Origin: an uncultured bacterium
GTDB lineage: Bacteria; Verrucomicrobiota; Kiritimatiellia; RFP12; UBA1067
Assembly (NCBI GenBank): GCA_902776615.1
Contig: CACYQU010000005.1
Location: 1,408-65,407 of the forward strand
Direction of reading: 5' to 3'
Length of the DNA: 64,000 bases
In this document: piece by piece, positions 16,858 through 25,444 of the stretch
How the letters are laid out: the number at the start of each line of letters is the position of its first letter
Position numbering within the stretch: the stretch's first letter is position 1
Notes under the pieces: model-generated
Told to the model about the DNA's origin: nothing
Database searches by the model: none
The model's input: the letters and a program-made list of their open reading frames with translations, nothing else
Position numbers and translations under genes: made by a program

Positions 16858-18546
16858 ATGAGCACCTGTGACGGAAACTGCAAACTCAAACTGCGCAGCA
16901 AGTGGGAGTTCGGCGAGGCGAGCGAATGCCGCCGCGGACTTCTCTGCGGCATGGGCATATCGCCCGAAGAGCAGGCGAGGCCGCTTATCGGCGTCGTAAA
17001 CTCGTGGAATGAATACAACCCCGGCCACGTCCACCTGAAAGGTCTCGCCGAGCGCGTGAAACAGGGCATACGCGACGCGGGCGGCTACCCGGTCGAGGTT
17101 ATGACGACGGCCATCTGCGACGGCATGGTCCTCAAGGATCCGAAATACATCGAGATCCCTTCGCGCAACTCCATCGCAGACCAGGTAGAGATAACGGTCG
17201 ACGGCAACTTCTTCGACGGCATGGTGATGCTGTCGACGTGCGACTCGATCGTCCCCGGCCACCTCATGGCGGCCGCGCGCCTGGACATACCGACCGTGCT
17301 CGTCACCGGCGGCTACATGCCGCTCGGCACGTTCCGCGGCAAGGAGGTTCTGCACATCCACGCGCAGGACAAGGTCGGCACGATGCAGGACGGCAAGATC
17401 GACCCCGACGAATACAACGGGCTCATCGAGCACTCGTGGGGAACCTGCGGCGGCTGCACTTCGATGACGACGGCCAACTCCATGTGCATGGTCGCCGAAG
17501 CGCTCGGCATGTCGCTTCCCTACAACTCGACGGTGAGCGCCGTTTCGAGCGAGCTCGCGCTTATCGCCTACCGTGCCGGCGAGCGCGTGATGGATCTCCT
17601 GCGCAAGGGCATAACCGCGCGCAAGATCATAACCCCGGCCGCGATACGCAACGCGATCAAGATGGACATGGCCGTCGCTGCGTCCTCCAACCTCATCCTC
17701 CACATTCCGGCGATCGCACACGAGGCCGGCTACGACGAGCCGTGGTGGAAGTATTTCGACGAGGCGTCTAACGACATTCCGCTCCTGTCCCACCTCGCGC
17801 CGTCCGGCCCGTACAACCTTCACGACCTCGACCTCGCGGGCGGACTGCCCGCCGTCATGAAGGAGCTTCTGCCGAAGATCGACGGCGACGCGCTTACCGT
17901 CACCGGCAAAACGATGGCCGAGAACGTGGCCTCGGCCAAGGTCTACAACCGCGACTGCATCCATACGCTCGAAGACCCCGTGATGAAGAAGCCGGGCATC
18001 GGCGTTCTCTACGGTTCGCTCGCGCCAGAGGGGGCGATCATCAAGATCGCGGCCGTGCCGGACGCTCTGATGAACACGTTCAGCGGCCCCGCGCGCGTCT
18101 TCGATTCGCTGGACGAAGGTCTCGCCGCGCTCCGCGCAGGAAAGATCAAGCCGGGCGACGCGTGCGTCCTGAGGTTCCTCGGTCTCAAGGCCCGCTTTGG
18201 CACGACGGCCTTCATGTTCCAGGAGGAGCTCAAGGGCAGGCCCGAGCTGTACAACTCGTGCGCGGTCATCACAGACGGACGCTTCTCCGGCGGAACGTCG
18301 GGTCTCTCGGTCGGCTACGTATCGCCGGAAGCCGCCCTGTGCGGTCCTCTCGGCCTCGTCAAGGAGGGCGACACAATCGAGATCGACCTCCCCGGCCGCC
18401 GCATCGACCTCAAGATCGACGACGCCGAGATGGCCAGGCGCAAGGCTGCGTTCAACTGGAAGTTCGACGAGTCCAAGTATCCGCGCTTCCTCAACCTCTT
18501 CGTGAAGAACGTCGGGTCGATGGCGCACGGCGGCATCTGGGAGTGA
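16858..18546 (+). CDS. IlvD/Edd-family dehydratase, probably a sugar-acid dehydratase
   Basis: It is 562 aa and shows ...PLIGVVNSWNEYNPGHVHL...CDGMV...STCDSIVPGHLMAAARL...TDGRFSGGTSGLSVGYVSPEA. Confidence 0.8.
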   Translation: MSTCDGNCKLKLRSKWEFGEASECRRGLLCGMGISPEEQARPLIGVVNSWNEYNPGHVHLKGLAERVKQGIRDAGGYPVEVMTTAICDGMVLKDPKYIEIPSRNSIADQVEITVDGNFFDGMVMLSTCDSIVPGHLMAAARLDIPTVLVTGGYMPLGTFRGKEVLHIHAQDKVGTMQDGKIDPDEYNGLIEHSWGTCGGCTSMTTANSMCMVAEALGMSLPYNSTVSAVSSELALIAYRAGERVMDLLRKGITARKIITPAAIRNAIKMDMAVAASSNLILHIPAIAHEAGYDEPWWKYFDEASNDIPLLSHLAPSGPYNLHDLDLAGGLPAVMKELLPKIDGDALTVTGKTMAENVASAKVYNRDCIHTLEDPVMKKPGIGVLYGSLAPEGAIIKIAAVPDALMNTFSGPARVFDSLDEGLAALRAGKIKPGDACVLRFLGLKARFGTTAFMFQEELKGRPELYNSCAVITDGRFSGGTSGLSVGYVSPEAALCGPLGLVKEGDTIEIDLPGRRIDLKIDDAEMARRKAAFNWKFDESKYPRFLNLFVKNVGSMAHGGIWE

Positions 18547-18547
18547 T

Positions 18548-19669
18548 GTGACCGACGTGCTTGTGATCGGCGGCGGACTTGCCGGATGGCGCGCGGCGGA
18601 GGCGGCGGCGAAACGCGGCGCTTCCGTCGCGCTCGTCGCCAACGGTGCAGGCAATTCGCCCGACATACATGCGCTCAACGTGCCTGTCCGGGCGGACGAT
18701 TCTGTCGAGCTGTTCATAGACGACACTCTTAGGAGCGGACGTGGCGCCTGCGACCCGAAGCTCGTCGAGGTCCTCTGCCGCGAGTCGGTCAAGCTCGCCG
18801 CCGAATTCCCGTTCGACCGCAACCCCGACGGCTCCTACAAGCTTCTGCAGCCGCTCGGCTGCAGTGTGCCGCGCTGCGTCTCGATCGATCACAAGATCGG
18901 CGCGTGGGCGCTCGCCAGGATCAGGCGGGAGCTTTCCGGAAAGGTCGAGGTGCGGCATGCCCGCGTGGAGCGCATAGACTTTTCGCAGGCGCGCGCCGTG
19001 GTGGTGGCGACCGGCGGATGGTGCGGCAGGTACGAATTCTCCGACAATCCGCCGGAGCTGCGCGGCGATGGAATCGACATGGCCGTCGCCCTCGGTGCGG
19101 CGACGCGAGACATGGACGCCGTCCAGTACGAGCCGACCGTCGCGCTCGCCCCGGCGAAACTGCGCGGGATTCCCGTGATAACTACGATGCTCTATGAGGG
19201 GGCGACGTTCCGCAACAAGGACGGCGCGGAGTTCCTGCCAGACAAGCATGCCAACAAAGACGCGATTTCACGCGCGATTCTTGCCGAGGTCGCGGCGGGG
19301 CGCGGCGTAGACGGCGGCGTGTGGTTCGACGCCACGGATGTGCCGAAAACGCTTCTTGAGACGGTATATGTCGACACTCTGCGCCGCTATGCAGCGGCGG
19401 GCGTCGACATCACGCGCGAGCCGATGCTTGTCGCGCCCGCGCCCCATACTTCGCTGGGCGGTCTTGCCATCGACGCGCACTGCCGAGTGCTTCGCGCCGA
19501 CGGTTCGCCCGTACCGGGCCTTTTCGCGGCAGGCGAGGTGACGGGCGGAATCCACGGCATGAACCGCATCGGAGGAAATGCAGGCACGGAAGTCCTCGTC
19601 TTCGGAAGAATCGCCGGCGAGTCTGCCGCCGCATTCGCAGAAACAAAACGACACAACACGCCATGCTGA
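18548..19669 (+). CDS. FAD-binding oxidoreductase (FAD_binding_2, fumarate reductase/L-aspartate oxidase-like flavoprotein, short form)
   Basis: Motifs present are TDVLVIGGGLAGWRAAEAA (Rossmann GxGxxG) and the C-terminal GLFAAGEVTGGIHGMNRIGGNAG. The start codon is GTG. Confidence 0.7.
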   Translation: MTDVLVIGGGLAGWRAAEAAAKRGASVALVANGAGNSPDIHALNVPVRADDSVELFIDDTLRSGRGACDPKLVEVLCRESVKLAAEFPFDRNPDGSYKLLQPLGCSVPRCVSIDHKIGAWALARIRRELSGKVEVRHARVERIDFSQARAVVVATGGWCGRYEFSDNPPELRGDGIDMAVALGAATRDMDAVQYEPTVALAPAKLRGIPVITTMLYEGATFRNKDGAEFLPDKHANKDAISRAILAEVAAGRGVDGGVWFDATDVPKTLLETVYVDTLRRYAAAGVDITREPMLVAPAPHTSLGGLAIDAHCRVLRADGSPVPGLFAAGEVTGGIHGMNRIGGNAGTEVLVFGRIAGESAAAFAETKRHNTPC

Positions 19670-20913
19670 ACCAACTAGATGTTCTGGAATATTCCGGCGA
19701 AGGCTATTCGCGAGTCGTCAGCGGCGCCAAGTGGACCGTCGCCTCGCTCAATTACGCGCCAAGGTTCGACGGGAAGAACATAACCGACCTTGAGCGCCAC
19801 AATCTCACCGACGAGACATTCGTGCTGCTGACAGGTCGCGCCACGCTTCTCGTCGGCGAAGACGCCAGGCGCGTCGAGATGGATCCGCTCAAGTTCTACA
19901 ATGTTCGCGCCGGGGCGTGGCACAACATCATCGTCTCGGAGGATGCGCGCGTGCTTGTCGCTGAAAACGCCGACACGTCAAGAGACAACACCGACTACCT
20001 GGAACTCAAGACGCGCAGGATATACAGGAAGCTCCCGTCCTTTGAAGAGGTTCTGCCGGGCACGTTTCTTCTGAAGGTTCCGTTCGGACCTGTGTGGACA
20101 GGCGTGATCCTGGTTCGCGGCGAGAAGAATTTTCTCATAGATTCCTCACACCTCGAGCCGGAGCGCTATCTCATACCGGCTCTCGACGAAATCGGCCTGA
20201 AGCCGTCCGACATCGACTGGCTCCTGTGCACGCATGTCCACGGCGATCACATCGGCGGGCACTATGCGCTGCACGGGAAATACGGAATCAAGGTGGCGAC
20301 GCTCGCCTCCGCCGCGGACGCTCTGCGCGATCCGGTAAAGGTGGCGATTCGCGTGAGGACGCGTTTTCCGGAGAATTCCCCGCCGCCGCAATCGTACTTG
20401 AAAGGCGTCCGGCCGGACCGTCTCCTCTCTGAAGGCGAACTGCTCGAAGGGCGTCTGCGCGCGGTCGCCGCGCCGGGGCATGACGACGACTGTCTTGTGT
20501 GGATCGACTCCAAGACGGGCACCGCATTCGCCGGCGATTCTCTGCAGGCCAACGGCACGGTCTGCCAGGGCGTGGCGTTCTACCGCGACCTCGCCGCCTA
20601 CCGCTCAACCCTGGCGAAGCTTTCGCGCGAGAACATACGCAACATTGTCTTTGGCCACGCATATGACGGCGCAGGAACGGTGGTTGCCGGCGAAGACGCC
20701 GTCGCGGCCGTGCTTCGCTATTGCAAAGAGAGGGTCGATCTTTACGCGCAGCGCATCGCGGCGTATGTCAAAGAGGGCGTTCCGGTCGAGAAAGAGCCGG
20801 TTTCCCTCGCAAGGCGGCTGATAGCGGATGTCGGATGCGGCATGCCCGAAAAGCTGTTTCTCGCGCTTCACACGGTTTCCGGGCATTTGAAGGAGCTTGG
20901 CCATGACATCTGA
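19663..20913 (+). CDS. Two-domain protein: an N-terminal cupin-like domain plus an MBL-fold metallo-hydrolase
   Basis: The metallo-beta-lactamase motif CTHVHGDHIGG is present, with a later GHDDD. The N-terminal roughly 115 aa has a beta-rich cupin-like pattern. Confidence 0.65.
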   Translation: MLNQLDVLEYSGEGYSRVVSGAKWTVASLNYAPRFDGKNITDLERHNLTDETFVLLTGRATLLVGEDARRVEMDPLKFYNVRAGAWHNIIVSEDARVLVAENADTSRDNTDYLELKTRRIYRKLPSFEEVLPGTFLLKVPFGPVWTGVILVRGEKNFLIDSSHLEPERYLIPALDEIGLKPSDIDWLLCTHVHGDHIGGHYALHGKYGIKVATLASAADALRDPVKVAIRVRTRFPENSPPPQSYLKGVRPDRLLSEGELLEGRLRAVAAPGHDDDCLVWIDSKTGTAFAGDSLQANGTVCQGVAFYRDLAAYRSTLAKLSRENIRNIVFGHAYDGAGTVVAGEDAVAAVLRYCKERVDLYAQRIAAYVKEGVPVEKEPVSLARRLIADVGCGMPEKLFLALHTVSGHLKELGHDI

Positions 20914-21955
20914 AGAGTTGCGCGAGCTTGGCGATCCGTACTGGGTTGACGTGCTGCCTGCAGGAGAGTTCCTGGGGCTTCCCGACAAAACGGTTCTGCA
21001 CTCCGGCCCGCCGATCGAATACGGGCGCATGTGCGAAGGCCATCGCCGCAGCATGGTCAACGCATGCATTTTCGAGGGCTGGGCCGGTGGCGCCGAAGAG
21101 GCGCGAGCCCTTCTCGAAAGCGGCGAGGTCAAATGCGAGGCGGCGTGCGACTACGCTACGGACGGTTCCGGCTACGGCGTGATCACAAAGTCCGTTCCGC
21201 TGCTGATCGTAGAGGACCGCGAGGTCGGATCTCGCGCCGGTCTTTTCCCCGCCGAGGGACGCTTTGGAGGCGGTTTCTGCGGATGGGGCGTGTATTCCGC
21301 CGAGATTGCGTCAAACCTTGCATGGATGCGCGATGCATTGTTTGCCGATCTCGTCAAGGTGCTGAAGGGCGAGGGCGGCTTTCCGATGCGCAGACTTTTC
21401 GCCGAGGCGCGGCGCATGGGCGACGACCTTCACTCGTGCCAGAATGCGATAGACGCGCTTTTCACCCGTGCCATCGTGCCGTTTGCGCTCAAGTGCGGCA
21501 ATGCGCCGGAGCTGCTAAGCTATTTCGCATCCACCTCGCGCTTCACCCACAACTTCGGGCAGGCCGCGAGCCGCGCGCTCGTGCTCGGTCTTGAGGCGCG
21601 CGGCGAGCGCGGCTTCATGACGGCTGCAGGGGGAAATGGGGTGGAATACGGAATCAAGGTCGCGGGATGCGGCAAATGGTACACGGCGCCTGCACCGATG
21701 ATAGAAGGCCCTTATCTCGCACCTGGCGCGAAGCGCGAAAACCAGCTGCCCTGGCTCGGCGACAGTTCCATCACCGAATGTCGCGGCTGGGGCGGACGGA
21801 TCAGGCCGGTCAATCCGGCGATCGCGGGCGGCGTAGTGATCAACGGGGGCATGATGGATGTAAACGGCGGCTGGATGGGCGCGGGTTCGACGCGCATCCC
21901 GGCGGAGTGTTTCGAAAAGGCAAGGGAGGACGGAAATGGACTTCAACTGGATTGA
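20903..21955 (+). CDS. DUF1116-like (YlbE/AllG-like) protein
   Basis: ATG 20903 lies 7 nt after AAGGAG. The stretch ...WVDVLPA...TVLHSGPPIEY...ACIFEGWA...ESGEV... resembles my recollection of the E. coli YlbE N-terminus. This is memory-based only. Confidence 0.5.
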   Translation: MTSEELRELGDPYWVDVLPAGEFLGLPDKTVLHSGPPIEYGRMCEGHRRSMVNACIFEGWAGGAEEARALLESGEVKCEAACDYATDGSGYGVITKSVPLLIVEDREVGSRAGLFPAEGRFGGGFCGWGVYSAEIASNLAWMRDALFADLVKVLKGEGGFPMRRLFAEARRMGDDLHSCQNAIDALFTRAIVPFALKCGNAPELLSYFASTSRFTHNFGQAASRALVLGLEARGERGFMTAAGGNGVEYGIKVAGCGKWYTAPAPMIEGPYLAPGAKRENQLPWLGDSSITECRGWGGRIRPVNPAIAGGVVINGGMMDVNGGWMGAGSTRIPAECFEKAREDGNGLQLD

Positions 21956-23576
21956 CTGGAGCATCGTCGCGCTCTTCTTCGCGTCTCTTGTCGCGATTCC
22001 CGCGTTGGCATCGCGAGTCGCGCGCACAAAGGATTCCGCCGAATACTTCAAGTCCGCAGGCTCTATGCCCTGGTGGCTTCTTGGCATTTCGATGGTTGCG
22101 GCGACCACCTCCACCAACTCCGCAAATCTGTTCACCGAGATCATCCGCCGCGATGGCTTGGGCGGCAACTGGGTTTGGTGGGCTTTTCTTCTGACGGGCA
22201 TGCTGACGGTGTTTGTCTATTCCCGCCTTTGGATGCGTTCGGGCGCGGCCACCGATATTTCCTTCTACGAGCTTAGATATTCCGGCAGGCCAGCGGCCTT
22301 CCTTCGCTGCTTCAGAGCCGTATATCTGGGCGTGATCTTCAACCTCGTAGTGATGGCGATGGTGCTTCTGGGCGCGATAAAGATAGGCGTAGTGATGTTC
22401 GGCGTATCCGCATGGACGGTTCTCGCCGTCACTTCCGTCGCTTCGCTCGTCTACTCGTGTCTCAGCGGAATACGCGGCACGATCTATACGGACTTCTTCC
22501 TTTTCGCTGTTGTAATGGCCGGCGCATTTGCCGTTATGCACTACGGCGTGAACCACCCGTCGGTCGGCGGCTGGTCCGCGCTGATGGCGAATCCCGCAGT
22601 TGTGGAGAAATCGCGTTTCCTGCCCGACTTCTCCAGGACGGACGCCTTGATCGCGGTGTTCGTGATTCCCGTCGCAGTGCAGTGGTGGAACGTATGGTAC
22701 GCCGGTTCCGAGCCGGGCGGCGGCGGTTACATAGTGCAGCGCATGCTGACGGCGAAGTCGACGGCGCACGCCCTCGGCGGAACTCTGTTCTTCAATCTGC
22801 TCAATTACGCCATTCGCCCATGGCCGTGGTATATCGCCGCTTTCGCGTCTATCCTCGTCTTCCCGGACCTCGCCTCCATCCGCACGGCTTTCCCGGGCGT
22901 GGATCCCGCGCTCGTTGGCGACGACATGGCGTATCCCGCGATGATCAAGATCGTGCCAAACGGATGGATGGGGCTTGTCGCCGCGTCGCTGATGGGCGCG
23001 CTGTTTTCGACCATCGCCGCGCACCTGTCGATGGGCGCCAACTACATCTCAAACGACATCTGGCGGCGGTTTGTCCGCAAGAATGCCTCTGGACGCGAAC
23101 TTGTGCTCGTCGCCCGCGTGTCCTCCGTCGCGCTGATGGCGCTTGGGTGCGTGCTGGCGCCGTTTATGGAAAGCGCCAAGTCCGCCTTCGACCTCGTGGT
23201 GCAGATTGGCGCAGGGACGGGCGTGATTTTCCTTCTGAGATGGTTCTGGATGCGCATCAACGCATGGACTGAGATCGTGGCGATGGCCGTATCGCTCGCC
23301 TGCGCCGTGTTCTTCCAGCTCGTTCTGCCGCGCTTCTCCCAGGTGCAGATGCTGTTTTGGCAGAAACTGCTTTGGACGATCGGCGTCACCACGGCGGCGT
23401 GGATCGTCGCCACTTTCGCCACCCCGCCGGAGGACCAGGCGACGATTGTGCGATTCAAGGCGCTTGTCCGCGCGGACGGACGAGATATAGGCAAGGGCGT
23501 TTTGGCGGCATTTCTCGCCGCAATCGCCATATTTGCGTCGATGGCCCTCGTCACATGGCTCGTCCTGCGGCACTGA
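21936..23576 (+). CDS. Sodium:solute symporter (SSF) family transporter
   Basis: It is a 546-aa polytopic membrane protein and the last gene of the catabolic operon. It shows the SSF-like ...YFKSAGSMPWWLLGISMVAATTSTNSANLF... Confidence 0.75.
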   Translation: MDFNWIDWSIVALFFASLVAIPALASRVARTKDSAEYFKSAGSMPWWLLGISMVAATTSTNSANLFTEIIRRDGLGGNWVWWAFLLTGMLTVFVYSRLWMRSGAATDISFYELRYSGRPAAFLRCFRAVYLGVIFNLVVMAMVLLGAIKIGVVMFGVSAWTVLAVTSVASLVYSCLSGIRGTIYTDFFLFAVVMAGAFAVMHYGVNHPSVGGWSALMANPAVVEKSRFLPDFSRTDALIAVFVIPVAVQWWNVWYAGSEPGGGGYIVQRMLTAKSTAHALGGTLFFNLLNYAIRPWPWYIAAFASILVFPDLASIRTAFPGVDPALVGDDMAYPAMIKIVPNGWMGLVAASLMGALFSTIAAHLSMGANYISNDIWRRFVRKNASGRELVLVARVSSVALMALGCVLAPFMESAKSAFDLVVQIGAGTGVIFLLRWFWMRINAWTEIVAMAVSLACAVFFQLVLPRFSQVQMLFWQKLLWTIGVTTAAWIVATFATPPEDQATIVRFKALVRADGRDIGKGVLAAFLAAIAIFASMALVTWLVLRH

Positions 23577-23592
23577 CGCGTTTCACCGTTCC

Positions 23593-23631
23593 CTTGCATT
23601 CTTTGCATTCTCACCTTTGCGATCTTTGCGT
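23593..23631 (+). promoter_or_regulatory. Four iterated (C)TTTGC(A/G) boxes upstream of the pilM-like operon
   Basis: The boxes are CTTGCATT, CTTTGCATT, CCTTTGCGA and TCTTTGCGT, at 23593, 23601, 23614 and 23623. Confidence 0.3.
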
Positions 23632-23658
23632 GAGATATATGCACCGCTTCGGGAATTT

Positions 23659-23667
23659 TGGTATAAT
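23659..23667 (+). promoter_or_regulatory. Extended -10 promoter (TGgTATAAT) 11 nt upstream of ATG 23679
   Basis: The TGnTATAAT match is exact and no SD intervenes. Confidence 0.5.
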
Positions 23668-23678
23668 ATCCCGAAACA

Positions 23679-24905
23679 ATGGCAGATAGTATACAGGTTG
23701 CAGCCTTTGAGGGCGGCGAATTGAGGGTAATGGCGTCGAAGGAGAAGTCCAACGAGGCCGTGCTCGCTCTTCCTCTGTCGCGTCTTATCGTCAAGGTCGT
23801 GCGCGTGCCGAACGAGAGCGCCGAAGAGCCGGTGGCGTTTGCGGCGCCGCTTTTGCAGGCCATGAGCCCGTATCCCGACGAGCCGCTCACGGTGAGTTGC
23901 GAGATTGTGCGCGAGTCTGACCGCGGAAGGGTCTTCGTCGCTGCGGCGCTGCCCGAAAGCGCGGCGGACGATATTGCCGAGGCGCTCGACGCGCACAAAC
24001 TCAATGTAACGCGCGTGGACGCGCTTGCGCTCGGGGTTCTGCGCGGCGCTTGGGGCGCGATTGCGCCTTCGGGCGGCGACGAGAGGCGGCTTGTGCTTGT
24101 CGGCGGGCGCGACTGCATTTCGGTTTTCGTGCTTGATGGCGACATGCCTTGCGCCATTCGCGCGGTGAGCGCATCGGGCGACATGCGCCGTGAATTGACC
24201 CTTTCGCTGCTGGAGGCGGAGGATTTCGGCGGCGCAAGAGGCGTCGCAGAGGTCGTCTGCATAGGCGACGTGCCGGGCGAGGGGCTTGATTCGTTCGGCC
24301 CCGTGAGGAAAATCGAGGTCGGCGAAGACGCCGCGCTTGTCGGCGTCGCCGAGCGGTCGCTTGAGGAATCGTCGCTCAACGCCCTGCCGGTGAGTTGGCG
24401 CGAGGTTCTCGAAGAGACGCGCTTCAAGGCGAAACTCAAGCGGCGGCTCTCCATCGCGGGCGGAATATGGGCCGCGATCATGCTGGTGCTTTTCGGCGTG
24501 CCCGTCGTCTACGGCTACATGGCCGACCATCAGAAGGCGCTCTGCAAGGAGCATTCGCGCCAGTATCGCGCCGTCGCGGAGATGCGCGACAAGGTGAAAC
24601 TCGTCCAGAAATACTCCGACCACGCGCGGGGGGCGCTTGAGATAATGAAGGCCGTCAGCGACCGTCTGCCGCAGGGCATAACCCTCAACAGCTGGAACTT
24701 CAGGCGCGACGAGGGCGTGAAGGTCTCGGGCGAGGCCGACTTGGCCGAGGATGTGTACGAGTTCAAGGACAACATGTCCGAGACGGGCTCGGAGGATGGC
24801 GGCGAGAAGGTCTTCGCCGAAGTGAATCTCAGCGGTCCGTCGGCGTCGCGCGGCGGCAAGCAGAAGTTCGATCTCGAGTGCAACTACGAGACGGAGGAGG
24901 AATGA
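23679..24905 (+). CDS. GspL/PilM-like cytoplasmic domain fused to a PilN-like TM/periplasmic domain
   Basis: It is 408 aa with a single TM segment (IAGGIWAAIMLVLFGVPVVYGY). This is followed by a PilN-like coiled segment. PilO-like and secretin genes lie downstream. Confidence 0.55.
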   Translation: MADSIQVAAFEGGELRVMASKEKSNEAVLALPLSRLIVKVVRVPNESAEEPVAFAAPLLQAMSPYPDEPLTVSCEIVRESDRGRVFVAAALPESAADDIAEALDAHKLNVTRVDALALGVLRGAWGAIAPSGGDERRLVLVGGRDCISVFVLDGDMPCAIRAVSASGDMRRELTLSLLEAEDFGGARGVAEVVCIGDVPGEGLDSFGPVRKIEVGEDAALVGVAERSLEESSLNALPVSWREVLEETRFKAKLKRRLSIAGGIWAAIMLVLFGVPVVYGYMADHQKALCKEHSRQYRAVAEMRDKVKLVQKYSDHARGALEIMKAVSDRLPQGITLNSWNFRRDEGVKVSGEADLAEDVYEFKDNMSETGSEDGGEKVFAEVNLSGPSASRGGKQKFDLECNYETEEE

Positions 24906-25441
24906 TGAACGGAATGTCGCTGAGAGAGAAGGCGGTTCTTTCGTCCCTGGGCATGATTCTGCTCTACGGTCTTGCGATCGCGCTCTGGTTCACCAGCCAG
25001 GAGGCCGCGTGGCGCAAGGCCGCGAAGACGTACGAGCGCGCCAAGTCGCAGTACGAGAGCGAGCGGCGGCTAATCGGCGAAAAGGCGAAGTGGAACCAGG
25101 CCTACGAGGACGAAAAGGCGCTCATGCCCACGTTCGAAGTCGGCAAATCCACCGACACCACCTGGCTCGGCAAGATGGACTCGCTTGCCGCCAAGCACCA
25201 CATAACGATCTCGCAGCGCCAAAGCGGCAAGGAGACGGAGTCCGGCGAGGTTCTGGAGCTTCCGATAGAGGTGAAGAACTGGGAGGGCGCGCTCGAGTCG
25301 CTGGTGAAGTTCATGCACGAGCTGGAGAACACCGACGAAGGCATGTTCGACATCCGCTCGCTCAATTTCAAGCCAAGTTCCAAAAAAGGCTATCTCAAGG
25401 GATCGTTCACGCTCACGTGCGCGTATATGAGGGAGAAATAG
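24902..25441 (+). CDS. PilO/GspM-like inner-membrane assembly protein
   Basis: An ATGA overlap links it to the upstream gene. It has an N-terminal TM segment (VLSSLGMILLYGLAIALWF) followed by a coiled coil. The position between the PilN-like gene and the secretin supports the call. Confidence 0.55.
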   Translation: MMNGMSLREKAVLSSLGMILLYGLAIALWFTSQEAAWRKAAKTYERAKSQYESERRLIGEKAKWNQAYEDEKALMPTFEVGKSTDTTWLGKMDSLAAKHHITISQRQSGKETESGEVLELPIEVKNWEGALESLVKFMHELENTDEGMFDIRSLNFKPSSKKGYLKGSFTLTCAYMREK

Positions 25442-25444
25442 AAG

